A stretch of DNA of 64,000 nucleotides. It comes from the human T2T-CHM13v2.0 reference genome, Homo sapiens. Under the pieces are notes generated by a model. The model was not told the DNA's origin and did not search any database. It was given only the letters and a program-made list of their open reading frames with translations. Position 1 is the first letter of the stretch, and each line of letters begins with the position of its first letter. This document shows positions 38,900 to 52,760 of the stretch, in pieces. Where the stretch lies: the NCBI RefSeq assembly GCF_009914755.1, contig NC_060942.1; one strand, written 5' to 3'. The translations under genes were made by a program, and so were the position numbers.

Positions 38900-40050
38900 T
38901 ATAGAAATCTCTCACCTCCTTGATTGTTTACATCTAAATATTTTTCATGTTATTGTGGATGAGAGTGATTTCTTAATTTTTTTCAAATGATTTGTTAGCC
39001 TAAAGAAACATTATTGATTTTTGTTTGTACTTTGCAACTTTACTGAATTTGTTTATCAGTTCTAACAGTTTTTTTTTGTGCAGTCTTTAGTTCTGACAGT
39101 TTTTTTGTGTGCAGACTTTTAGACTTTTAGTCTTAAAAGTCTTTAGTCTTTGATTAAAGATCATATCATCAGCAAACAGACAATCTCACTTCTTTCTTTT
39201 CTATTTGAATGCCTTTTCTTATATAATTGCTCTGGCTAGACCTTCCAGTACTATGTTGAATAAAGGTAATGAGTGTGGGCATCTTTGTCTGGTTACTGAT
39301 ATTAGAGGAAAAGTTTTTAATCATCAAAGAAATGCAAATTAAAACCACAATGGAATATCACCTCACACCTGTTAGAATGGCTATTAGCAAATAGACATTT
39401 TGGTGAGGGTGTGAAGAATGCTGGTGAGGGTGTGAAGAAAAGGGAATCCTTGTGCACTGTCTGTGGGAATGTAAATTAATAGAACCATTATAAAGCACAG
39501 TGTGGAGGTTCCTCAAAAAACTAAAAATAGAACAGCCATATGATCCAGCAATCCCACTGCTGGATATATCTCGAAAGGAATTTAAGTTGATATGCAGAAG
39601 AAATATCTGCACTCCCATGTTCATTACGATGTTATTCACAATAGCTAAGATGTGGAAGAGATCTAGGGGTCCATCATCAGAAGAATGGATAAAGAAAATG
39701 TGAAAAGGTGAGCTCACAGAAGAACGGTAGTCACCAAGGGCCGAGGAAGGGGTGTGGTTGGGTAAAGGGAGCTGTTGATCAAAGGATACGAAGTTTTAGT
39801 TAGACAAGAGGAATGAGTTTTAATAATCTATTGCATAGCATGGTGACAATAATAAACAATAATTCATTGCATATTTTAAAATAGCTAAAAGGGTAGATTT
39901 TAGGTGTTTTCATCACAAAAGATAAGTATGTGAGGTGTTGATTTGTTAACTAACCTGAATTAATCATTCCACATTATAAGCACATATCAAAACATCACAC
40001 TGCACCCCCAAAACACATACAATTATTACTTGTCAATTAAAAGTTTAAAA
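38900..40050 (+). mobile_element. L1MA 3' end with an inverted ORF2 segment (38900-39320 antisense)
   Basis: Antisense RT-region sequence joins sense tcatcaaagaaatgcaaattaaaaccacaatg; ORF 39500..39703 is the L1 ORF2 C-terminus; L1MA 3' UTR follows. Confidence 0.8.
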
Positions 40051-40689
40051 AGAACAAAGAAAAAATCCAATATTATCCTGCACCATGATATTTTTCAGTG
40101 ACTTTAAAATAATCTATTGTAAGGATGCAGTGTAATTTGACCAATTCCCTATATTTGGGCATTTAAGTTGAATCCTGTTTTTATGGTACTTAAAATACAT
40201 ATATTACAATAAATATCTTTGAATTCATTAATAATTTTAACATAAGATAAATCCTGGTAACTAAAAATTTCTGGGTTCAAGTGTATGTACATTTATAAGA
40301 CCTTTAAAATATTTTACCCAATCGTTCTTCAGAAAGGTTATACAAATTTACTTCCCATCAACAATATGGGTGTCTAGTTTCTTTACACCATTGAAAGAGT
40401 ATTGTTTTAAATTCTCAACCAAATGGATATAAGATCAGTTCAACATCTATTGTCTTAAGTTTTTAAAAATTTTATAACTAATGAGATTGGACGTGTTTTC
40501 ATGCTTATGTTATTTCATGTTTATTTATCACATGTATTATTGGATGGAACTGTGTTGTTTATCATGTCTTTGGTCCATTTTAATGGGTTCTTTATCTTAT
40601 CTTATTGATTTGTAAAAGAATTTTAAATATTGAAAGAATAAACCTCTTGCCTGTCATATATGTTGCAAGTACTTCCTCACATTGTAATT

Positions 40690-40868
40690 TATATTTTTAT
40701 TTATTTATAGTGCTTTATTTTTATTTTTATTTTATTTTATTTTTTTATTTCAGAGATAGGGTTTCACCATGTTGCCCAGGCTGGTCTCAAATTCCTGGGC
40801 TCATGAGATCCGTTGACCTCACCTACCAAAGTGTTGGGATTACAGGCATGAGCCACCATGCTCAGCCT
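40690..40868 (-). mobile_element. Alu left monomer (FLAM-like) with (TTTTA)n tail
   Basis: agagatagggtttcaccatgttgcccaggctggtc...gagccaccatgctcagcc. Confidence 0.8.
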
Positions 40869-41112
40869 AGTTATGGTGCTTTAAATTAAGAAGTATAAAG
40901 CTGTTCTTATCTACAGATCTATTTTTTTTCCTTTTTTTTTTTTTTTTGTTGTTAGTGCTATGCCTCTAAAATCTCTTTCTCTAATACTAAAGATTACATC
41001 AATATCCACATTTTTTTCTCCTTTAAAGTGCCATTTTTATTGCACTCTTTAATCCATTAGAATTTATTTTGGTGGGTTTTATAAAGTTCAATTATATCTA
41101 TCTATCTTTCTA

Positions 41113-41333
<221 letters not shown>

Positions 41334-43452
41334 TGAATATCTTTATTTTTGAAGAGCCAGAAGTTTAGGGACTTGGAGATACCACAGGCAAAGTTGCTGC
41401 ATGTAAAGTAGATGCTCTGCAGTGGAAAGAGGTGGGAGTTCTGTGTTCTGGTTTGCCCAAGTGTATGTGGTAGACACGTTCCTTAACCTGTCCCTCTGAG
41501 TTCAATAATGCCTGCAGAGTTGTCATGAGGATTAAAGGAGGTGACACTTTGAAAAATAGGAATGGAAATATTGTTTTCTTATATTAGAGGATTTGGGATG
41601 GTGAAGAGGATAGGGGTATGCAACTTCATTTTTCTTTTGCAAGCTTAATTCGAAAGAAACTTCTTCAGGTAGATAAGAAAGGTGAAAGGTAATGAAAAAT
41701 TGGGGGTAAAAAAATAAAAGAACTCATGTGGTTCTTTTCCTCTCCCACGTTCCTGTTTTGAGCATGGGAATGATTTGGCTGCATCTTAAGAGATCTTTGG
41801 CCTCTGTGTTTTCTCTGGTACTTCTACCATGACTATTTAGGTGTGCAATACTATAAATACAACACTAAATTGAATAACTGCATTTTCTATTGTGTTATTT
41901 GAGGCTCTCCTCTACTTGCCTCCCCTTCTGCTGCCACAGCTCCTTTGTCAACGTAGAGGTTTTGTTTTGTTCTTATAAATCACCTGCCAATATCAAGTGA
42001 TAAAGAAGGTATTAAAATATGTATTGAACACTCAATATTTGTAATTTGGCAACACCAGAAAGAGATTACCTTTGAGAAACATTGAAAGTATTAAACAGGA
42101 CTTTCATAAAAGTGTAAGCAGAGTTAAATATATTTCAATTATAAGGATATATATCTTTATTATACCCAAACAAATGAGTTCAGTTGGTAGATTCTCTTAT
42201 GTAAAATCGTTTTATGTTATCAAGGTACATACCACCCCCTTATGTAATGATGTTTTCCTGAAGTTTTTGTTTTTTTACTTCTATGGATATCAGTCCTTAT
42301 TTTTTTTTTTCCAAAATGGAAGAAATGCTATTAGTGTCAAGCCATTTCTTATGTTTAAATAGATGATCTGTGCCCTGAAAAAAAGAAGAAAAATTATATG
42401 AGGAAATATTGTAAGTTTTACTCTGCCAGTAGGTGTTTCTGAAAGCAATAGGCCTTTTTGAAAAGAACACCTTGAGGGAGAGGGGAGACATCTGGTGGAC
42501 GCCAGTTAGAAAGAAGGCAAAAGAGTCACCGGGTAAGAGGCCCTAGCAAGGGGGTTTTAATTTATGTATCTTTGTAAGATAATACTGGCTAAACAAAAGT
42601 GGCAGAGGAAAAGGATATTAAAGACCTTAATATTTACTGATTTGCCTTTGTTAGCAAAAGTTAAAATTATTTTAAATGAGATTGAATTTTAACTATATAT
42701 ATATATATATTTTTTTTTTCTTTCTTTCTCTGGCTAGCTAGCACCTGTAATGTTTTTGTTACCATTTTTAATCCTTGACACAAAGATGAACACATTTTTC
42801 AGAAAATAAAGCCAATGACTGGCTATTCAAGGATATGAGGAATAGCTTTCTCATAATCTATTGTTATTTGCTATTGGCAATCTCTATCAAAGTTTAAAAT
42901 GCACACAGGAAAAAAAAGCAATTCCACTTTGAGAAAAGTATGACACTCATACACTGGGAAAAGTACACAAAGGTAAATGGAAAGCCACATTCATTAAGCA
43001 TCATTTGTGAAAAAGAAAACCCTAGAAACTACTTGGATTTCCATTGCTGGGAGAGTGATTACATACTTTAGAGGATGTCAACATAATAAAATGTAACTGT
43101 TAGAAAGAGTGAGATAGATCTATGTTATCATTAAACTATTTTCTGAAGAGTAGTATAGTAATAAGTCATTTGTATAAAAAGAACATGTACGCATGTGAAT
43201 TTGTTTAGAGGCTTACAGAATACATATTTGGCTGACTGTTGAATGACCACGAGTTAAATATCCATATTCAGATAAGGCTGAGGCTAAAGCCAAACATCAT
43301 ATTAAGAGAATGCATTTGTGGGATAAAAGAAAATTATGATATTTTATTAAATCTGTTAATGATGAAATGTTTATTATTAAAATTCTAATGGAAAATATTA
43401 GAGTTCGATATTGTAGAACAGATAAAATAAGTCTTAGTATTGACACTGCTAA

Positions 43453-43905
<453 letters not shown>

Positions 43906-44164
43906 TAACCTCTGTACAGCAGACTATAATTCAGGATAAGTGTTAAGTAATCCATTCTCTAAATAGATCATTGTATCTGGGTTTAAAACTGAAAGTTCAT
44001 AGCAATAATTTTGCAAGATTTTTGTATAAATTTTAGGTGCCATAGACTTAAAACTATAAGGAAGTGCCTTAGAACATTTTTCATGAAGTCTGTTGGTTTG
44101 AAATTTAAATGGTGAGAACAAAATAGGTTTTGGATTTCTCATTTTTCTTATTCTGATTATTTCT

Positions 44165-44269
44165 CTTTAACTTATTTAACATTTTTATTATGTCTTGATC
44201 TTCAATCAAGAGGAAATACTGTAAGTTTTACTCTGCCAAGACATAATAAAAATATTAAATAGGTTAAAG
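44165..44269. repeat. 33-bp inverted repeat (31/33) with a 39-nt loop
   Basis: ctttaacttatttaacatttttattatgtcttg (44165-44197) versus caagacataataaaaatattaaataggttaaag (44237-44269). Confidence 0.95.
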
Positions 44270-44615
44270 TTTCATGCTCATGATTTTGGGTTTTTTCCAT
44301 CAAGAAATTTGAGAAGTAAAATTGACATATTCCTTTTAATTTGTTCCCTAAAGGATGTGAATAATTCTCACAAAGAAATTTTTCTTCAAAGACTTATAGC
44401 CTAACTGGAATTACAGAGCTAAAAATTAAAATGGATCCATTAAGAGTATACATTATGAAAACTAGATAAAGCATATACTATTTTACAAACAATAATATAA
44501 ATTACTATGCTATCATTATATTAGATATTTAAGAAATATTGAATGATTAAAGTATTTAATTTATGTACATTCTAAATTAACAGAAGAAACATAAACTGTA
44601 GACATTCAAAGCTTG

Positions 44616-44776
44616 AAAAAATTAGCTGGGCATGTCATGTCCCTATAATCACAGCTACATGGGAGGCTGAGGCAGGAGGATCACTTGAGCTCAGGAGTTC
44701 GAGGCTGCAGTGAGCTATGATCATGCCACTGCACTACAACCTGAGTGACAGAGCAAAACTTCTCTTAAAAAAAAAA
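44616..44776 (+). mobile_element. Alu right monomer (FRAM/AluJ-like)
   Basis: aaaaattagctgggc...ggaggatcacttgagctcaggagttcgaggctgcagtgagctatgatc. Confidence 0.85.
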
Positions 44777-44781
44777 TGCTG

Positions 44782-45076
<295 letters not shown>

Positions 45077-45498
45077 CTAGAAAGAAGTTTCAAATTATTC
45101 TGGTACAATTGTTAATTTTTCAAAAATTTACTTACTAAGCCCTTTTATAAAAATACAAGTTAATAAGTCCTCTCAGAATTCTTTCAAATAATTTTATAGT
45201 TTTGCAGTTATCAGTAGGAGCCAAAGCTGAAAGTTAGGATGCAGAGAGGGATTGGCAGGGCCAGATGAGCAACTGAAAGACCAGTTGTGAGGGAGAAATA
45301 CTCGGATCCACATCTCTGAGCCAGGGGGAAGGAGTGTGTGTATGTGTCTACACACGTCATACACAGCAATAGGGCAGCAGTAGGGGTGAGAAATGAGGAA
45401 GGTGGTCAGTAACAAGAGAATAGAGAGCATATGCTGAAAAGCAGCAGGAGCACCTTAAAGATGATGTGGACATGTTATCTCTGAAAAGGTGTAATGTT

Positions 45499-45985
<487 letters not shown>

Positions 45986-46514
45986 CTATCTTTCTGATAA
46001 TCCTATCTGAAAATGATCTTGGAAAAAAAAAAAAAGAGTAGAGAGATACTACTACAATTACTTGTGGAGAGAGGGTTGTGGGGTTCTAGGTCATCCAGGA
46101 TCTGGGTCAGGAGCAGACACAGCCCCTTCAGGCTTAGGAAGAAGATTAGTTAATCAGCCAAAAGGGGACTGATGACTTGAAACAAGCAGTCAGGCACCAT
46201 GTGGATGGAAGCAAAAGTCCTTCAATTAAATAAGACCTTTCCCTAGCTTAACCAAGAAGGAAAATAGGTTATTAAAAGGAGAAAAATTTACTGCATTTGT
46301 TGCACTTATGTGACACACAAAAAAGAAATTTTAGGCACCCCTTTTCATATTTGCAAAAAGTTACATTTTCAGGGCTTTCTACAATTTCATTCACATTTTA
46401 CAGACTTCTATTTGTCAAATATAATTTAAATAATGTCTGTTTTCATTGGAAGAGAAGTTACAATTCAGCATAGAGTGATTGAATATTTCACAGCATTTCT
46501 CTAATGCCTTTAAA

Positions 46515-46820
46515 TAATAATAATAATTATTATTATTATTGGGATGGCATCTCACTCTGTCATCCAGGCCGGAGTGCAGAGGCATGATCTCGGCTCAATT
46601 CAACCTCCACCTCCAGAATCAAGTGATCCTCCACCTCAGCCTCCCAAGTAGCTGGAACTACAGGCATGCACCACTATGCCCAGATAATTTTTGTACTTTT
46701 AGTAGAGATGGAGTTTTGCCATGTTGCCCAGGCTAGTATTGAACTCCTGGGCTCAAGTGATCTGCCCATCTCGGCCTCCCAAAGTGCTGGGATTACAGGC
46801 CTGAGCCACTGTGCCCAGCC
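46515..46820 (-). mobile_element. AluJ
   Basis: Full dimer; tctaatgccttt occurs on both flanks. Confidence 0.88.
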
Positions 46821-47132
46821 TCTAATGCCTTTTAAAATGTCTGTTTATGTTAATATGAGAAAATAGGGATTCTAATAAAAATTATCATTGAATTTCTCTT
46901 AAATAGAAGTCACCACTAATTATCTCAAATATTGAAAAAAAATAAGAGTATTTCATCAAAGATGGAAGCATGCAAGTTCTGTCCTATCTTCTTCATAAAG
47001 AATGGTCACTTTTCAGAAGTTAGCCTGAATCCTTGAAAAATTATTCCATGCTAATATAGAAGACTTTGAATTCATTCTACCTTAAGCTTTGTAGAGAGTG
47101 CTTAAGAAAAAAATCCGTGCTTATGTTTTTCT

Positions 47133-47504
<372 letters not shown>

Positions 47505-47922
47505 TCATTTCCTAGCCCAATACGTCGGGATAAATCAGAGAAATGCAGGACATCACACCACCACAAGGATGGTGGCTTCAATTGGAGAGCGGTCATGTAA
47601 ATAAAATACGACCTTTTAAGATTCTGTAAGATGGAATGGAAAGTACACATTATGTATTTGGCATGAAGCACATGGATAATTGTTCAAATTGTGAATTGAA
47701 CTACAACTGAACTCACTGTATTTTTCACAGAATTGACTGTGATTATCCAGATTTGGTTGTTTGGCAGATATTTTCTCAAAAATGAAACTGGAATTAGGAA
47801 GCAACTGAAAGTATTTATGACCAGAAATTTTTAAAAATTAACTTTTAAGTGAAAATTTGAATTTTGGAAAACTTGTATCCACCACTGTGTGAGCTACCGT
47901 TTCTCACAATATAAAGGATTTT

Positions 47923-48191
47923 CTTTTTTTTTTTTTATACTTTAAGTTCTGGGATACATGTGCAGAACGTGCAAGTTTGTTACATAGGTATACACGTGCC
48001 ATGGTGGTTTGCAGCACCCATCAACCTATCATCTATATTAGGTATTTCTCCTAATGCTATCCCTCCCCTAGCCCCCAAGCCCCATACAGGCCCGGGTGCA
48101 TGAGGTTCCCCTCCCTGTGTCCATGTGTTCTCATTGTTCAACTCCCACTTATGAGTGAGAACATGCAGTATTTGGTTTTCTGTTCTTGTGT
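47923..48191 (-). mobile_element. Short L1PA7-like 3' end
   Basis: tatactttaagttctgggatacatgtgcagaacgtgc; TSD AGGATTTTC. Confidence 0.9.
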
Positions 48192-49011
48192 AGGATTTTC
48201 AGATGAGATTGGTGGTGATAGTCACATATGCTTTTTAAAGTATTCAATAATAAAATGATGCAACATTTAAAAGATCTGCGTAACTCGGTGAGCAGATATT
48301 TTCTAAGTAACCTAACTTATCATGTTACAAAATCAAACATGGGTAAAAGATCCATTGAAAGATGCAATATAGAGCAATGAAATTTAATATAACAGCGTGA
48401 AAAGTTCAGTGATAAGGGTTTCAGACTTTTCACATGGGTTCTAATCTTTAAGAAATACCACCTGTGGGGTTTTGGCATATTTAGAATTGCAGAACAGTAT
48501 CCACAATAATCTAAAATCCTTATTTATACTTATTTAAACTACTTCTCCATATTTCTAAGAGCCAGATTTTCCTATTTTACTTCAACCTTTTTACTTCAAG
48601 ATTCAAGTGTTAATCTCTGGCAAAGACACACCCAGAAACAATACTTTACATCCTTCAATCCAACCAAGTTGACACTTAATATTAACCATCACACTGCTCA
48701 TCTTTCAGGATGGACAAAGCTTCCCTTCAACATTCTCAAGGAGTTTTCACCTCCATATTTCTAAGAGTCAGATTTTCTTCATTTTACTTCAACCAAAACA
48801 GCATAAAAGGCACATCAAATATAGAGGCGTCCATGAGAATCCAGCTGTCTTTTATTACTCTGGACATTAAGGAGATTTACAAACACTCTCCCTCTATTTT
48901 CTGTTTTGTTTTTTCAGAAATCATAGTTATTGTTAATGAATAATGATATTACATATGTTAATAAGGAATGGATTTATATTATTATTTTAAACTAATTACA
49001 TATTTTCATAA

Positions 49012-49316
<305 letters not shown>

Positions 49317-49724
49317 AGCCATCTTAATTTTTAACATGGTGAATTGGAGCGCTATAATGCACATAAACAAGAGCACTTTAGAATCCTCAATAAACTTTAG
49401 GGTGAGGAGATCTTGAGAACCACTGCCCTCTGCACTATCATTTCTCCTTCTCCTGACCCTCCAAGGGGCCCTGAATGCTGCCCAGGTCTCCAATCTTCCT
49501 CTGTCTCTAATTCCACCTGTGATGAACATTGGTTCTTTGATACGGGGAGGGTACGTGTTTCCATAGAAGCTGGAAGATGGCACTTAATACATTTTTTTCT
49601 ATTCCACTGTAGCATTGGCAACGTTCCTCCAAGGGCTTGCACACCTTTTCCCACCTGGAACATTCCTTTTCTTCCCTCATCAAATATTCCCTCTTCCCAA
49701 TTCTTTACCTTCCTACTTCCTGCT

Positions 49725-50273
49725 TGTATTAGTCAGGGTTCTCTAGAGGGACAGAACTAATAGGATATATATATATATATATGAAAGGGAGTTTATTAAG
49801 GTGAATTGACTCACACGATCACAAGGTCAAGTCCTACGATAGGCCATCTGCACGCTGAGGAGCAGGAAAGCCAGTGGTGGATGGGTCCAAGTGCCAAAAC
49901 CTTAAAAGTAGGGAAGCCAACAGTGCAGCCTTCAGTCTGTGGCCAAAGGCCCAAGATCCCCCAGCAAACCACTCATGTTAAGTCCAAGAGTCCAAAGGCC
50001 AAAGAACCTGGAGTCTGATGTTCAAGGGCAGGAAGCACCCAGCACGGGAGAAAGATGAAAACCAGAAGACTTAGCAACTCAGTTTCTCCCACCTTCTTCC
50101 GCCTGCTTTTTCTAGCCACGCTGGATGCTGCCCACCCACATTGAGGGTGGGTCCTCTTCTTCCAGTCTACTGACTCAAATGTTAATCTCTGGCAACACCC
50201 TCACAGACACATTCAGGAACAATACTTTACATCCTGCAATCCACCAACTTGACACTTAATATTAACCATCACA
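49725..50273 (-). mobile_element. MLT2A (HERV-L) solo LTR
   Basis: tgtattagtcagggttctctagagggacagaactaatagga(TA)n...aatattaaccatcaca; TSD CTGCT. Confidence 0.92.
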
Positions 50274-50347
50274 CTGCTCATCCTTCAGGGCAAAGCTTCC
50301 CTTCAACATTCTCAAGAAGTCTTACTTGACCTGCCAAAGCAGCATGT

Positions 50348-50734
50348 TCTCTTTTCTTTTCTCTTCTCTTCTTTTCTCTTCTCTTCTCTTCTCTTCTCTT
50401 CTCTTCTCTTCTCTTCTCTTCTCTTCTCTTCTTTCCTTTTCTTTTCTCTTGAGACAGGTTCTCACTCTATCACCCAGGTTGGAGTGCACTGGTACTATCT
50501 TGGCTCACTGAAACCTCTGCCTCCCTGGCTTAAGTGGTCCTTCTACTTTAGCCTCCCTAGTAGGTAGGACTGTAGGCACACGCCACCATGCCCAGGTAAT
50601 TTTTTGTATTTTTGGTAGAGATGAGGTTTCACTATTTTGTTCAGGCTGCTCTTGAACTCCTGAGCTCAGGCAATCCACCTGCCTCAGCCTGCCGAAGTGC
50701 TGGGATTAGAGGCATGAGCCACCATGCCTGGTCC
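50348..50734 (-). mobile_element. AluJ with (TTCTC)n tail
   Basis: Dimer with a long CT microsatellite; ccaaagcagcat occurs on both flanks. Confidence 0.88.
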
Positions 50735-52289
50735 AAAGCAGCATTTTCTTTCTCCTTTTTGCTGGTCTAGCACCCTGTACCTCTCTCCTTTTATAGCGCT
50801 TATCACCTGTATTTTTTTTTTCTGTTTCATCATCTACGTCCTCTTCCAGGCTGCTCTGCTACAGTAATGTAAAAACACAAAATATTAAACAGCATATGCT
50901 TGTCATATAGTTTGATTTTACTCAACAATTTTATGTTAATTATCTTTCTGTGATGTCACTGGTTTAATTCTTTAACTTCACTGGAATAGAAGTGGAGTTA
51001 TAGTTGGCTTTACTTATTAGTCCTTATTATTCAGAAAGTACTCAGATACTTTATCTTGGCTTTTCCCTTACAGGTCTATTGGTAATAAAAGCAGCACAAG
51101 TTTAGTTTTTTCTAAGTCATCAGGGACCATTTTTTACCTGGTAGACCCCTATTGTTTCCCCCAATTCTTAGAAATTGGTATTGACGTAATTAATATTTGA
51201 GAATGACCTGAGTGAATCCAATTGCACTGCAACATATTTCCTAAGTGATGTTGCAAAAGCAGAATGTATAATGTTGAATAAAGTTTATTCAGAAAGTTTT
51301 TTATTTAAAAAATTCTGATTATTAGCTTTGGCCTTGCCCAGGGGGTTGGATTTTTTTATTTGAAACACTCTATTTCATGCCCTTCCAAATTTCATACTCT
51401 ATAGACTATAATAGACATCATAGCCTATTTAGCAAGTTTCATAGAGAATTATGTTTACACTAAGAAATATATAATATTTTAATGTTTAACTTGTATTAAT
51501 TACATTTATTTAAAATATTTAGTACCAGAACATTGCAGTTTGAAATTCTGCAACACTACATTTAACATTCTTCTCACCATTACTTCTTATTCCACCTGGA
51601 GAACTATGCTTATGTGCCATAGCCTGACTCAAATTACAACTCCTCTTTGATGTCTTCTATTTTTGGTATGTGCTCACCCAGCACTCATAGATATCTTTAT
51701 CAAAGCATGTGTCATAGTACACTGCTATTCATTATTTACATGTATATTTTCCTGCTGGTCCATAAGCTCTTTTGGGGAGGGATCTATTCATGTTTATAAA
51801 GACAGACCTATAACAGGCATTTGCCAGATTAATAAATAAAAGAATCCCCACTTTTCCTCATGCTGACCCAAAATGTTTGAGAAAAGGCAACTACACTAGA
51901 TTGCCCAGTATTATTTGCAGCCAAAGTTGCCATGCAACTGAGTCCTAGTAAGCAGAAATGGTGCACACCACTTGCAAGTTGAGCCCCTGAACATCTCCCA
52001 TGCACACTCCTTGGTGTGCTCTTCCCTTCTGACTGACTGGGAAACCCTGCTGTAAGCTTGGAGTGATTTGTGATGTCAGAGTTAATGTAGCTACTCAGCC
52101 CTCACCCCCATTGACTTAGAATACCACCCCCACCCTTGCTGTTTCATGAGTGAGAAACAAACTTATATCATGTTAAGTCATAATGTGCTTGCAACTATTT
52201 TTTATCATAGCCTAATTAGCCTACCCTAACATATTGGTTGAAGAGATATTGACTGTCTGAGTTAGTCCTCTTCCCTAATTCAGACCAAA

Positions 52290-52760
52290 CTATTCATCCA
52301 ATTTAATCCACTCATTCAGCCTGTATAAATGGAGTATCCACCATCTCTGCAATCTCTGTTGCATGCCAAAGATGTAATAATGAATAAGAAATACATGGAT
52401 CCTGCCTTCATAGGCTGTAAAGAATAGTGGGAAAAACAGAAAGAGACAAATGATCAAAACATTAAGAAACAACAAAAGCTAAATGTTTTTTAGTCATGGT
52501 AACTTCCGCGAAGGAAACAAACAGTATATGAGAATAGAAAATAAAAAGCATGCATATGAAGGGTTTTAGATGGGGGGAGATTCAGAAAAGACCTCCCTGA
52601 AAGGGTGACATTTAAGCCAAAGCATAGAGGATGAGAAGGCCCATGGACGTGAAGTTTAAAATCATTGTAGGCAGAGGGAGCTGCATGCAAAGGTTGTAAC
52701 ATGGTAAATAACTTGGTAGGTCTAAAGCACTGAAAAAGCCAGTGTGGCACATGGAACAAG
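52290..52760 (-). mobile_element. L2 3' remnant
   Basis: attcatcca...ctcattca tail, cctgccttcat, gaaaagacctccctgaaagggtgacatttaagc. Confidence 0.65.
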
